Below are positions 1 to 16,247 of a stretch of DNA of 64,000 bases, piece after piece. The stretch comes from the human T2T-CHM13v2.0 reference genome, Homo sapiens, in NCBI RefSeq assembly GCF_009914755.1, contig NC_060928.1, one strand, 5' to 3'. Within the stretch, counting starts at the first letter, position 1, and the number at the start of each line of letters is the position of its first letter. The position numbers and the translations under genes are program-made. The notes under the pieces are model-generated. The model was not told the origin of the DNA. It ran no database searches and was given only the letters and a program-made list of their open reading frames with translations.

Positions 1-265
1 TCCTAACCATTTTTTAGCAAAGGAAGTGAGACAGTGGGCTCAATACATATAATTCATGGATCACATCACCTGCACCCTCTAGTAGCAACCAGTTTGACAG
101 AATGATGAAATGTCCTGATGAAGCCTCAGCCAGGGTGCAAGCCAAGAGATAACACCCTGAGAGGTTGGAGTTCTGTTCATAGGTTGGGCAGCCAAGTATA
201 TGGTGTCATCTCTGCTGTAGAGAATGCACAAATCCAGGAACCAAGAGGTGAGAGTAAAAGGGGTA
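1..265 (+). mobile_element. Decayed ERVL-class internal sequence (integrase region), 5' part
   Basis: GAAGTGAGACAGTGGGCT...ATTCATGGATCACATCAC...GCAACCAGTTTGACAGAATGATGAAAT resembles the ERVL integrase motif EVRQWA..IHW.YH.P.HP.A.GL.ERWNGLLK; continues at 820-866 and after the L1. Confidence 0.6.
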
Positions 266-269
266 TAAG

Positions 270-818
270 TCAGGCTCAGGGGCTCCTGCCAGTAATCCCA
301 GCACTATGGGATGCCAAGGGGGAGGACTGCTTGAGGCCAGGTGTTCAAGACCAACCTGAACAACATAACTAGACCTCGTCTATACAAAAAATATATTACT
401 TTGGGAGGCCGACACAAGCAGATCACGAGGTCAGGAGATCGAGACCATCCTGGCTAACATGGTGAAACCCCGTCTCTACTAAAAATACTAATAAAAAAAA
501 TTAGCTGGGAGTGGTGGTGGGCGCCTGTAGTCCCAGCTACTCAGGAGGCTGAGGCAGGAGGATGGTGTGAACCCGGGAGACAGAGCTTGCAGTGAGCCGA
601 GATCGCAGTGAGCCGAGCCTGGGTGACAGAGTGAGACTCCATCTCAGAAAAAAAAAAGAAAGAAAGAAAAAATTACCCAGGTATGGTGTCATGAGCTTAT
701 GTTCCCAGCTACTCGAAAGGCTGAAGGAGAGTTACAGTGAGCTATGATTGCGCCACTGCACTCCAGCTGGGCGACAGAGTTAGACCTTGTCTCTAAATAA
801 ATAAACAGATAAATAAAG
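270..818 (+). mobile_element. AluJ-like element (left arm ~270-392, right arm ~672-818) split by a younger Alu
   Basis: Diverged left monomer with GAGGACTGCTTGAGGCCAGG; right monomer with GAGCTATGATTGCGCCACTGCAC and an (AAAT)n tail. Confidence 0.85.
398..671 (+). mobile_element. 5'-truncated AluY nested in the AluJ linker
   Basis: AluY diagnostics GATCACGAGGTCAGGAGATCGAGACCATCCTGGCTAAC, GGTGTGAACCCGGGAG and GAGCTTGCAGTGAG; A/GAAA tail. Confidence 0.9.
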
Positions 819-1307
819 TAATCTATCTTATTTTTATGCCTAATACACCACTTAAAGAATTCTTACTGACAGGCCAGATGGCCAAGTAGGAACAGCTCTG
901 GTCTGTAGCTCCTAGCCAGACCAACGCAGAAGGTAGGTGATTTCTGTATTTCCAACTGAGGTACCCAGTTCATCTATTCAGGATGGTTAGACAGTGGGTG
1001 CAGCCCTCTGAGGGCAAGCAGAAGCAGGGTGAGGACCCAGGAAGTGCAAGGAGCCGGGGACCTCCCTCCTGGAGCCAAAGGAGGCCATGAGGAGCCATGC
1101 CATGAGGGACAGTGCTCTCCAGCCCAGATACTATGCTTTTCCCAAGGTCTTTGCAACCTACAGACCAGGAGATTCCCTAGGGTGCCTACACCTCAAGGGC
1201 CCTGGGTTTCAACCACAAAACTGGGTGGTTGTTTGGGCAGACACCAAGCGAGCTACAGGAGTTTTTTTCCATACCCCAGTGGTGCCTGGAACACCAGCAA
1301 GACAGAA

Positions 1308-1487
1308 TCATTCACTCCCCTGGAAAGGGGGCTGAAGCCAGGGAGCCAAGTGGTCTTGCTCAGCGGGTCCCACCTCCATGGAGCCTGGAAAGCTAAGACC
1401 CACTGGCTTGAAATTCTCGCTGCCAGCACAGCAGTCTGAAGTCAACCTGGGGCACTCGAGCTTGGTGTGGGGAGGGGCATCTGCCAT
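1308..1487 (-). other. L1 ORF0-like antisense ORF in the 5'UTR (59 aa)
   Basis: MADAPPHTKLECPRLTSDCCAGS...SMEVGP resembles the recalled L1HS ORF0 start MAGAPPPASLPPCSLISDCCAS...SVGVGP; Kozak gtaATGG. Confidence 0.6.
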
Positions 1488-2195
1488 TACTGAGGCTTGA
1501 GTAGGCAGTTTTCCCTTCATAATGTAAACAAAGCCTCCAGGAAGTTCAAACTGAGCGGAGCCCACCACAGCTCGGCAAAGCCACTGTAGCCAGACTGCCT
1601 CTCTAGATTCCTCCTCTCTGGGCAAGGCATCTCTGGCAGAAAGGCAGCCGCCCCAGTGAGAAGCTTATAGATAAAACTCCCATCTCCCTGGGTCAGTGCA
1701 CCCACGGGAAGGGGTAGCTGTGGGCGCAGCTTCCGCCGACTTAAACGTTACTGCCTGCCAGCTCTGAAAAGAGCAGCAGATCTCCCAGCATAGTGCTCGA
1801 GCTCTGCTAAGGGACAGACTGCCTCCTCAAGTGGGTCCCTGACCCCTGTGCCTCCTGACTGGGAGACACCTCCCAGCAGGGCTCAACAGACACTTCATAC
1901 AGAAGGGCTCCAACTGGCATCTGATGGGTGCCCATCTGGGACGAAGCTTCCAGAGGAAGGAGCAGACAGCAATCTTTGCTGTTCTACAGCCAATGCTGGT
2001 GATACCCAGGCAAACAGGGGATGGAGTGGACCCCCAGCAAACTCCAGAAGACCTGCAGAAGAGGGGTCTGACTGTTAGAAGGAAAACCAACAAACAGAAA
2101 GCAATAGCATCAACATCAACAAAAAGAACGGCCACTCAAAAACTCCATCTGAAGGTCACCAACAGCAAAGACCAAAGGTAGATAAAGTCACCAAG

Positions 2196-3221
2196 ATGAG
2201 GGAAAACCAGCACAAAAAGGCTAAAAATTCCAAAAACCAGAATGCTTCTTCTCCTCCAAAGGATCACAACTCCTCACCAGCAAGGGAACAAAATCAGACG
2301 GAGAATAAGTTTGACAAATTGACAGAAGTAGGCTTCAGAAGGTGGGTAAAAACAAACTCCTCTGAGCTAAAAGAGCATGTTCTAACTCAATGTAAGGAAC
2401 CTAAGAACCTTGAAAAAAAAGTTAGAGGAATTGCTAACTAGAATAGTCAGTTTAGAGAAGAACATAAATGATCTGATAAAGTCGAAAAACACAGCACAAG
2501 AACTTCGTGAAGCATACACAAGTATCAGTAGCCAAATCTATGAAGCAGAAGAAAGTATATCAGAAATTGAAGATCAACTTAATAAAATAAAGCATGAAGA
2601 CAAGATTAGAGAAAAAACAATGAAGAGGAACAAGCAAAGAATCCAAGAAATATGGGACTATGTGAAAAGACCAAACCTACGTTTGATTGGTGTACCTGAA
2701 AGTGATGGGGAGAATGGAACCAAGTTGGAAAACACACTTCAGGATATTATCCAGGAGAACTTCCTCAACCTAGCAAGATAGGCCAAAATTCAAATTCAGG
2801 AAATACAGAGAACACCACTAAGATACTCCTTGAGAAGAGCAACTCCAAGACACATAATCATCAGATTCACCAAGGTTGGAATGCAGGAAAAAATGTTAAG
2901 TGCAGCCAGAGGGAAAGGTCATGTTACCTAAAAAGGGAAGCCCATCAGACTAACAGCGGCTCTCTCTACAGAAACTCTACAAGCCAGAAGAGAGTATGGG
3001 CCAATATTCAACATTCTTAAATAAAAGAATTTTCAACCCAGAATTTCATATTCAGCCAAACTAAGCTTGATAAATGAAGGAGAAACAAAATCCTTTACAG
3101 ACAATCAAATGCTGAGGGATTTTGTCACCACCAGGCCTGCCTTACAAGAGCTCTGAAGGAAGCAGTAAATATGGAAAGGAACAACCAGTACCAGCCATGG
3201 CAAAAACAAAGCAAAATGTAA
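2196..3221 (+). pseudogene. L1 ORF1p, frameshifted with stops
   Basis: Fragments MRENQHKKAKNSKNQNASSPPKD and ...QEIWDYVKRPNLRLIGVPE; frameshift near 2410-2420 and TAG at 2779. Confidence 0.9.
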
Positions 3222-3284
3222 AGACCATTGACACTATGAAGAAACTGCATCAACTAATGGGCAAAATAAACAGCTAGCATCATA

Positions 3285-7151
<3,867 letters not shown>

Positions 7152-7380
7152 ACAATGAGAACTTACGGGCACAGGGAGGGAAACATCACACACTGGGGCC
7201 TGTTAGTGGGGTGGGGGGCAAGGGGAGGGATAGCATTAGGAGAAATAACTAATGTAGATGACGGGTTGATGGATGCAGCAAATCACCATGGCACATGTAT
7301 ACCTATATAACAAACCTACACGTTCTGCACATGTATCCCAAAACTTTAAGTATAATAATAAAAAAAAAAAGAATTCTTGC

Positions 7381-8030
7381 CTCCTGTCCCCGAAACCTTG
7401 GACTTGATGAGTTTGATGGCCCTACTGTCCAAGGCAGTAATTCTTATACCAGGAAACATGGTCATTTTCTGATTCACTGGAAGTAGAGACTAACTCCTGG
7501 CAATTTAAATTTATTTATGGCCCTGAACCAACAGAGATGAGAAAGTCACTATAACTAGCTAGGGTAATCACACCTAATGATCAGGGGGAATTGATTTTCT
7601 GCTACAGAATGAAGACAAGGACAGTGCTTAAAACTCAGGGAATTCAGTGGGATGCCTCTTAGTACTCCCTTCCCGATAGTCCTGGTCAAGGGAAAATAGC
7701 AACGATCCCCCAATAAAAACAAGACTACCAAGCACTCAGATCTTAAAGAAATGAAGATTTCAATTGCCCTAACTGGAAAATGACTCATCCAGTCAAGGTG
7801 ATGTCAGACAGTAAGGTAAATACAGAAGGTATTGTCGATGGGGGGGCCCTATAATGAGCAGTTTAGGCCTCATGACCAGCTCCAGAAGTGAGCTGCAGCT
7901 ATAATTAATGTTCCTTAATTGCATCCTCTTCTCCCAATATTTTATATGAAGAGTGTTGCTGGGGACCAATATTTTAGTCAGGTTGCAGTATTAGTAAAAG
8001 ACATCATGGGAATGATATGGTAGTTGATGG
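7381..8030 (+). mobile_element. ERVL-class internal relic, 3' part (resumes after the L1)
   Basis: Sequence reads continuously across the L1 TSD; resembles the ERVL post-integrase (dUTPase-like) region. Confidence 0.55.
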
Positions 8031-8034
8031 GATT

Positions 8035-8587
8035 TTGTGCATACCCTGTGTTAGGAACATGCATTTGTCAACCACATGGAGGACAAGATTGGAGGTTGAT
8101 AGAGAGAAAAGTGGTAGAGTATTCAAGGTATCTTTCATTTCTCCCTCCAGATCCGCTTTCCGCTCTTCTTTCCCCATAAGACCTGCAGGCACTCTATCAA
8201 AGGCCCTCATGTCCAGGTGCTCAGCAGGTTCCAGACAGTGAGCTCTAACAAAATTGGAGGGAAGGAGGAGTGGGGATCGGGATATTTATTCCCTTGGCTC
8301 CCTCCTTGAAGGTTAACTTAGGCTGGCTATGTCCACAACTAAAGATCACTGTTCCACGTACAGTAGCTTTCTACACAAAACTAGCTCCTTTCAAGTTCTA
8401 GAGAACCTTTTTTCTTCCCTTTTCCCTTTGGTCATAGGTTGTTGACAGCTCCACTGTTACTAGCCTCAGGTTACTGCCCTGTGGTTCACCTACACTGTGC
8501 TCAGAGTTTTACAAAGTGTCTCTCCCCTATTTATTATTTATCCTTATTTGAGTAGGCCATCTCTCTCTGGAAAGGATTTGACATATC
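8035..8587 (+). mobile_element. LTR33-like ERVL LTR (probable 3' LTR of the relic)
   Basis: GGAGGGAAGGAGGAGTGGGGATCGGGATATTTATTCCC...GTTACTAGCC...TTTGAGTAGGCCATCT matches recalled LTR33 blocks. Confidence 0.6.
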
Positions 8588-10134
8588 CAAAGTCTAATGC
8601 TCATTCCACAACACAATACTATGAACTATATATACTGTTAAATAAGTTTTCATGAAAAAAGTAACAAAAGGATTACATAGACATGAATATATTAAAAAGA
8701 GTTAAACGCATTCTGTAAACATAAAGTTTTGATAGGCTTTGCTTTCATTACTAGGTTTTCCAGTGATAAATGTTTGTATTTTATAGCTGGTGATTACTTG
8801 GTCCTTCTCCTTACCTGAAAAGTCAGCTAACTACCAAAATGAAGCTTCACATGAGAAAAGAGAAATTATTTATCCTTTAATGCATGTAACCAAATATAAT
8901 TCAAATGCACTTACCTTCCAGTCATTCAGTTTCAGGTAAAGCTCAAAACTATTTCCAAAACTCTCTTTGCTAATTAAAATAACCATTAACAAGAAAATAA
9001 CAATTTCTAGAAACCTCGCAAGTTGTTTCCTGTCTCTCCAATCCTGTGGAATGTGAGTAAAGTTGTTTTGGTCTTTAGTAGTTTAATTAATAATCAGTTA
9101 TTTTCAGTTTGGGACCATAGCATTTTTACTGCCTTGAAAAGAACAATTTAGGAGAAACCTGAGAGGTTTTCAAGAAATCTGCTACTTTGCCAATGGAATC
9201 TAAAGTAAATAATAGTTAAATATTTATGGTTATCCTAATGGACTATTTATACCACTCTAAAAGGCTGCTTACTGTTGCTACAGATGAGGATGGCATTAAT
9301 GCACTGGTACATTCAGGACACAGGATATCATTTCTTATAAAAAGCCCATAAAATGTACCTCCCCGCCTACACAACTCTCATTCTTACTGCAACATCTTAA
9401 AGGGATTCAGGAGGCACCAGGAAATTGTTTAAATTTCAATGTAAGTTGGAGAAATCAGTTGCTAGGATCCTTAAAAGTAGTGTTTCCAAAATATAGGAAT
9501 ATCTACACTGATCAGCCTCAAGGCTTTCAGAATAATTCATATGAGAAAACAGGGGTAGGATGGGATGCCGTGGAGAAACCAACCCCGTGCAGCAGCTGCC
9601 TGTCATGTCTTAACATTTGACATGAATTACATCAAGAACTGAAATATTCAAGATCCCACTCAATATACTCCATGTGACTCACCTGCAAAAAAAGAGAGAC
9701 TGCTTTCTGTGGCAGAGAAGATCTAGAAACACACGGTCAAGGAGCTTAGGGAAAGTGGTAAGAGGCAAAGAAATAGATGAGAAGAGAGATTAGAGCCAGT
9801 GGTAACTGCAACCACCATGACAGAACAGGCACTTAGGACCAAGTGGGGGTGATAAGGAATAGGCAAGGTGCCAACAGAGAGACAAATATAAAGCTATTCT
9901 CTGCAAGGGGCAACTGGCACCCTGGTTTATATTTCAATAGTTCAGAAAAACAGAGGCTGTCTCTACTCTGTACATGGAGCGTGAGAAGTAGGAGCCACAC
10001 AAGATAAGGGTACCAGGACCACATTCCCTCTGAAAGCTGTCACTGTGCCACTCTAAAGATGTGCTGACCCGTTTAAGAAAAGAAGAATCGGGCATGAAAT
10101 ATACAGAATACACCACTGGAGCACAGAGCAGTAG

Positions 10135-10380
10135 TGATAATAATATTTATAGTAATAACAGAGCCTCCTGCCGCATTCTCACTATGCTCCTGGTACTGTC
10201 CTACGCATTTTACATATACCATCGTTTAATCTTCACAACTGCCCTATATAGATATTATCCCCATTTTACAAATGAGGGAACTGAGGTATAGAAAGGTTAG
10301 GTAAATTAACCAAAGTCATACCTCTAGAAATGTGCAGAAACAGGATTTGAGCCTCCATGCCAAAGAAGCTAAGCCTGTGA
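10135..10380 (-). mobile_element. MIR
   Basis: MIR core ATCCCCATTTTACAAATGAGGGAACTGAGG. Confidence 0.85.
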
Positions 10381-10824
10381 TCCCCAGGAGATACAGGATT
10401 TTATTTTCTGTGTTGTTGGTTCCTGTTCACCCAGAATGTAGTAGCACTGTAGGCACTCAGTGAGTGTTTGTTGACTAAATAAATGTGTAGTAATATTAAA
10501 AGTACATCTTCTCTCATGACATGTTCACAAATCATTGTCCCATGAAGCATGTATTCCAGTCTTTCCAAAGAGCAAACACATGGACATTTATGCACAACAT
10601 GGAAAGGATGTGCATAAAAAAAGTTCATTAATCAATTCCAAATTGGTTCACCAATATAACATAAAATTCAGTGCAGAGATGCTTTTGTTGTTTGTTTGCC
10701 AATTCTTAGCTACTGAGAGTTGAAGAACTGGATTAAAATCTCCTGGCAGGACAAGATGTTTTTTTCCTTTTTGGCCGAGAATTTAGCGTTTAATGGGTGT
10801 TCAATAAATATTATTTTTAATTAA

Positions 10825-11275
<451 letters not shown>

Positions 11276-11344
11276 TAACTTTGTGGACTTACATATTTTT
11301 TCAGAAGATGGTTTGGAAAGGGAGGGCATAAAAGTAAGAATATT

Positions 11345-11540
11345 AGCAATGAAAGCAGATAACCTGTTAAAGATTTATTGTTTGCAAGATGCTTTTCTAA
11401 ATGCCTGTGATAAGTACATCATCCTGATTACAGAGGAAATAAATGAGGACACTGGAAGAAGGGACTTGCCCAAAACGACACAGCTAGAAAATGGGAAAGT
11501 CAGGATTTGTGCCCAGACTATTTGACTCCTAAGCCTATGC
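11345..11540 (-). mobile_element. MIR fragment
   Basis: GACTTGCCCAAAACGACACAGCTAGAAAATGG...GGATTTG. Confidence 0.7.
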
Positions 11541-12049
11541 AATAAGAGGTCAAGATACTGCTCAAGAGAATTGAGTTTTTCAGATGAGGAATTTCTGAAT
11601 TAAGTAGCTTGTTGCTATAAGGTAAGAAATTATTATTTTATTGCTGTTTGCCAGTCTCCATCCTGGAAGGTGGAGTACCTCCAGGATTCAAGTACCTCTG
11701 GTTTTGAGTAGAAGACACTGAACTAATGTGCTGAGGTGTTCTGAGGATTGCTAACACTTCACACACAATTAAAATAATACTTCCAATCGTTGAGGAGAAA
11801 AAAAACACCATCCTAGAGCTTTCAAATCCACTACATATAATCTACTGTTTACAGATTGCAAAAACTGATTGCAAAAGACAGTTGTTTTCCTGACTGACCC
11901 GTTCTTAGTTTATAACATTTAATAAAATGTAATTTTGGAGCCAATGTCTTGTATTATTAACACTGTTTAAGTGTTAGAACACAGGAATGCTTACTTTGAA
12001 GAAGAATTTCTATCTAGAATGTTTTCCAATGTCATTTTATACAAGCATC

Positions 12050-12735
12050 CACTGTGCCTACCTACTCTGTTCATCTTTCTGTTCCTAAAACCCACTGAAC
12101 TGTTTCCTACCATAGAGATTTCTCACTGGCTGTTTCCTCAGCCATAATATTATTCTCTCGGATATTCACATGGATGGTTCCTTCTTACAATTCTGATTTT
12201 AACTTAAATGTGTTCTCCTTGAGGAAGTCATCCCTGACCACCCACACTAACATAGTGACCCAGACATCATCATATCACATTTTAATTCCCTGCAGGACAT
12301 TTTAAAATTTATTTTTGTATTTTATGTGTATAAATGTATGGGGTACAAGTATAATTTTGTTACATGTATAGATTGAGTAGTGGTGATGTCAGGGTATCCA
12401 TCACCCAAATAAAGTATATTGTACCCATTAAGTAATATCTTATCATGCACCCTCTTCCCTCCTGCTCACCCTTCTGAATCTCCATTGTCTATCATTCCAT
12501 ATTCTATGTCCACATGTACACATTAGTTAGCTCCTACTTATAAGTGCCTGCATGGCATTTGTAACTCTATGATGTTGGGCTGTGTGTCCCACTAGAATGA
12601 ACCAGAATGGCAGAGCGCATGAACATTTTCTGTCTAGTTTGTCATGGAATTTCTAAGGTGTAGAGCAGAGCTTGGCACTTGGCAGGTGATCACTGAATAG
12701 ATGAGAAGAAAATAAATGATGAAATGAATGACTGA
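12050..12735 (+). mobile_element. L2 3' fragment interrupted by an L1 tail
   Basis: L2-type blocks and terminal TGAATAG...AATGAATGACTGAAT. Confidence 0.65.
12301..12546 (-). mobile_element. L1PB4/L1MA-type 3' end
   Basis: GGGGTACAAGTATAATTTTGTTACATG...AGCTCCTACTTATAAGTG; imperfect TSD CCTGCAGGACATTT / CCTGCATGGCATTT. Confidence 0.8.
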
Positions 12736-13836
12736 ATACCATCTTCCTACGCTTTAATATAGCATCACTGATTTAATGTATGGACCAGGATATCATTCAG
12801 AATATAAAATGTTGTCACAAAAGTAGCCTGATATATCACAGAGGCCCAGTTTAAGATTGCCATTATTGTTTTAATATAAAAGTTACATGATTCTGGGATT
12901 TTGATCAAAGTCACAAACACTATAAAAATTACAAAAAAAATACAGACTATTTTTGCAAAAGTGATGTTTGTCCAGAAAAGAATGTTTGAGATTCTACTTT
13001 CTAAATGGAAATAATCTCTAGATTTGGGTGTTTGTTTGCAACCCAGGAAACTATTAATGATGGCTGATCCCTCACTTATTTTTTCCAATATATATTTTGT
13101 AACCTGGTAATAGAGGAGGATACACTAGAAAGCATAAGACCAGAAGCCGGAATGTCTTATGGAACCCTCCAATGTAATCTCTATTGGTGTTTCCTCTGCT
13201 GCTAAACGTTTCTGACTTTTATCCACTTTCACTAAGTTGGTATAAAGGTTCGATAAAGTCATGTTCATTAAGCACTTTGATATTCCTAAGTAGAAAGAGA
13301 TTCAGTAAAATAAAGTCTGTTCTTTTATTTTACTTTTAATGTTCTGATACCTGATAACAAATAAAAAGTAATAATACCTTAATCACTTCGAAAAAGAATT
13401 AGGCTCACACATTGGTCTCTCTTTCTACTTATTAGGATTCAAAACTTCTATAATAATACTTCTAAATAAATTGAGCCAATAATTAGCATGGAGAGCAAAG
13501 TTAAAGGCAGGAGAATGTCACCACTTAATTTAAATAAATGAAGAGTTATTAATTGAATTGAGAGCCTTAGAATGGGACTGAAATTCTCTAAGAAGCAGAC
13601 ATATAGTAGAATCAAATTTCACTACCTAATCAATGCCCTAACTCTAACCCTTAATACTTTTATTAAGAGTCAGCACTTAAATTGTTCTTCAAATATCTTC
13701 AATTCTTTTTTTATTCACTAAGATTATTAGTGAAGTATTAATAGTTATAAAAGTGAAATTTGTTATCTGGAAATTTACCTCAGACACAAAACTGAATAGA
13801 TATGATTGTAGAGACAAATAAATATTATAGATGAGG

Positions 13837-13876
13837 GTGTGTGTGTGTGTGTGTGTGTGCATGTGTGTATGTGTGC
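13837..13876. repeat. (TG)n microsatellite
   Basis: About 11 perfect TG units plus a degenerate extension. Confidence 0.95.
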
Positions 13877-16247
13877 ATGAGCCAGTCTGCTAATTACTAT
13901 ATAATATAGTAATGTCAACCTCAAAAAGCAGTTTGGCAAGACCACACTTCATTTACAGGATGCATTAGCTTTGGTATCTTTTTGATTTAGAATCCTTACT
14001 TTGAATATATAGAATAAATAAAATGGAATAATAAAATGTAGAGTAAATTCTGCCTCTGCAAGTGCTTCTTCAAGGGAGATGGATTTCATTTATTACAATA
14101 AAACACCTTATGGTTTGGCAAATCTTTCATCATGCAATCCACTGAGTAAAAGTTACTCACCAGGTCTTGATTCAGTATTCCCAAACTGCAGAATGCAGCA
14201 TGCAAAGAATAGAGCACAATATAAATATTTTTAAATAAGCAAATAGCAGAAGCCAAAGAAAACAAAGTGGTCTATTTTAGTCATCCAACAATTATGAAAT
14301 GGACATCCTTTATAAGGCAATCTTTTAAAAAGCTGATGTTAAAGACTGACCAGCAATAGAATAAGTATTTAAATATTCCATTGCTTCCCCTGGTTTGCCA
14401 CTGGGCTTTCCACACAGTAGAATAAGCAATTCTTTCTGATGAGCAGAATAATTTACTTGAACCTCATATATTATTGGTTGATTTTTCAAGAGAAAAATGT
14501 ATTGGCATTCATTATTAACTTTTTTTATCAATCAGCATGCATGACAGAACAACACAGCAATTCTTCATTACACTAATGGAGGAAAAATTAACTTGACATC
14601 AAGCCTAATTGACTAAAACCTCACTAATTCTTCTAAATAGGGATAAGTCCTGCTTGATTAGTGAAAGCAATTTAGTATAGAACATGTTTAGATAGATGCA
14701 CTTTTATTGCTTTCCAGAACTTAACACTAACAAACTGGGCTCTCCAGCATCAAAGGCGAGATAACGGTAGAGGTTCTTCACAAAACCTGCCACAGTGTAT
14801 GGATAAGACTAACACAACATATCAAACACATAATAACAACTTGGAATTTCTCTAGATAATTGAGAAGCTTTAGGTGCAATCTTGCCAAAAAAATTGTTTC
14901 AAAAGAAATTTTTACAGATGCTGCCAAAATACTCTATAGCCAAGCCCATAGCAAAATAAAACAAATCATAAATTATCAGCTATGACAGACTGGTAATCAA
15001 AACTAACAAGGTTTCACTATGCGGGCAATCCTCAACTCACTACAAGTTGTTTTACAAAAGTTCATTTGTAAGCTAATTGTTAGAAATCATAACTTATTAC
15101 AGCAATATTCTCATTAGGAAATTAGTATCATGTATATGGAGCAAACATGAGCTTGGGATGCAAGACCCCAGAAGGGGACCTCAGCATAGTTTTGCTGTTT
15201 ATTATCTGTGTGAACTTGAGGGAGTCACTGTACTTAACTGGATCTTAATTTATGCAGCTGTAAGTTGACTTAATACCAAGTTCATAGTGCTATTGTAGGA
15301 ATTTAATATAATAATAGCTAAAAAGCTACCCCAGTGCCCTCTACTCTTACCCATAGCCATTTATGTTCCTTTTTCAAGTATTTCTCTATATCAGAGAGTA
15401 TTGGCTGGCAGGTCATAGAGGAGCATCAGTGAGTTCATGAACCCCTTTAAATTGTATGCAAAATTTGGTAGGTCTGTTGCAACAGGTAATGGGCTTCATC
15501 AAGCGGCTGTCTAAGGGAATGATTAAAAACCATTGTTCTATAGCCACTTTCTTGAATGTTTCAAAATTAGAAAATGACAAATGTTTAAAAACAATGACTG
15601 GAAGCACTCTCTGCACTTAAGTTGCTGTTCTGCCCAACTGTATTATCCCAGTAAAGTCTTACATATCTGTCAAGATGGATACAAGCATGATTTTCTCAGA
15701 AGAGCATCCTTGACCATTTCGCTTTCATCATGTTCCATCCCAATATGCGCCACTCCACTTGCATCACGTCCCACCCCAAAACACACCACGTCTCTCTCAA
15801 CATAGTAACTTGCATATGCCTCTACTCTAGTACTCATCACACTACACAATAACTATTTTTTATGTCAGTAAGTTCTAGTTTTATATGCTCAAAAATTTCT
15901 AGTCAAATAAATATGAATTTTTTCACAAAAATAAATGTATACTTACATTTTATTTAAAGTAGCCATTTTAATCGATGAGAAGCATACAAATCAGGAAGTA
16001 ATTTTGCTTTTTTAAAAGAACTCTGAGTGTAACAAATCTAAGTTCAAATCGTTACTCTGATGTTAAACCTCCCTGAAATTCAGCTTTCCTATCTGTACAA
16101 TCAAGATAATTACACCTAAATGAATGTTGCATATGAATAATATTTACAAAGTATGGGTATATTTCTTGCACGTGACAGGTACCACCAGCATCACACCACC
16201 AACTACCACCATTATTATTTCTATTAGTTATTCAGGAGTGACAGGTA

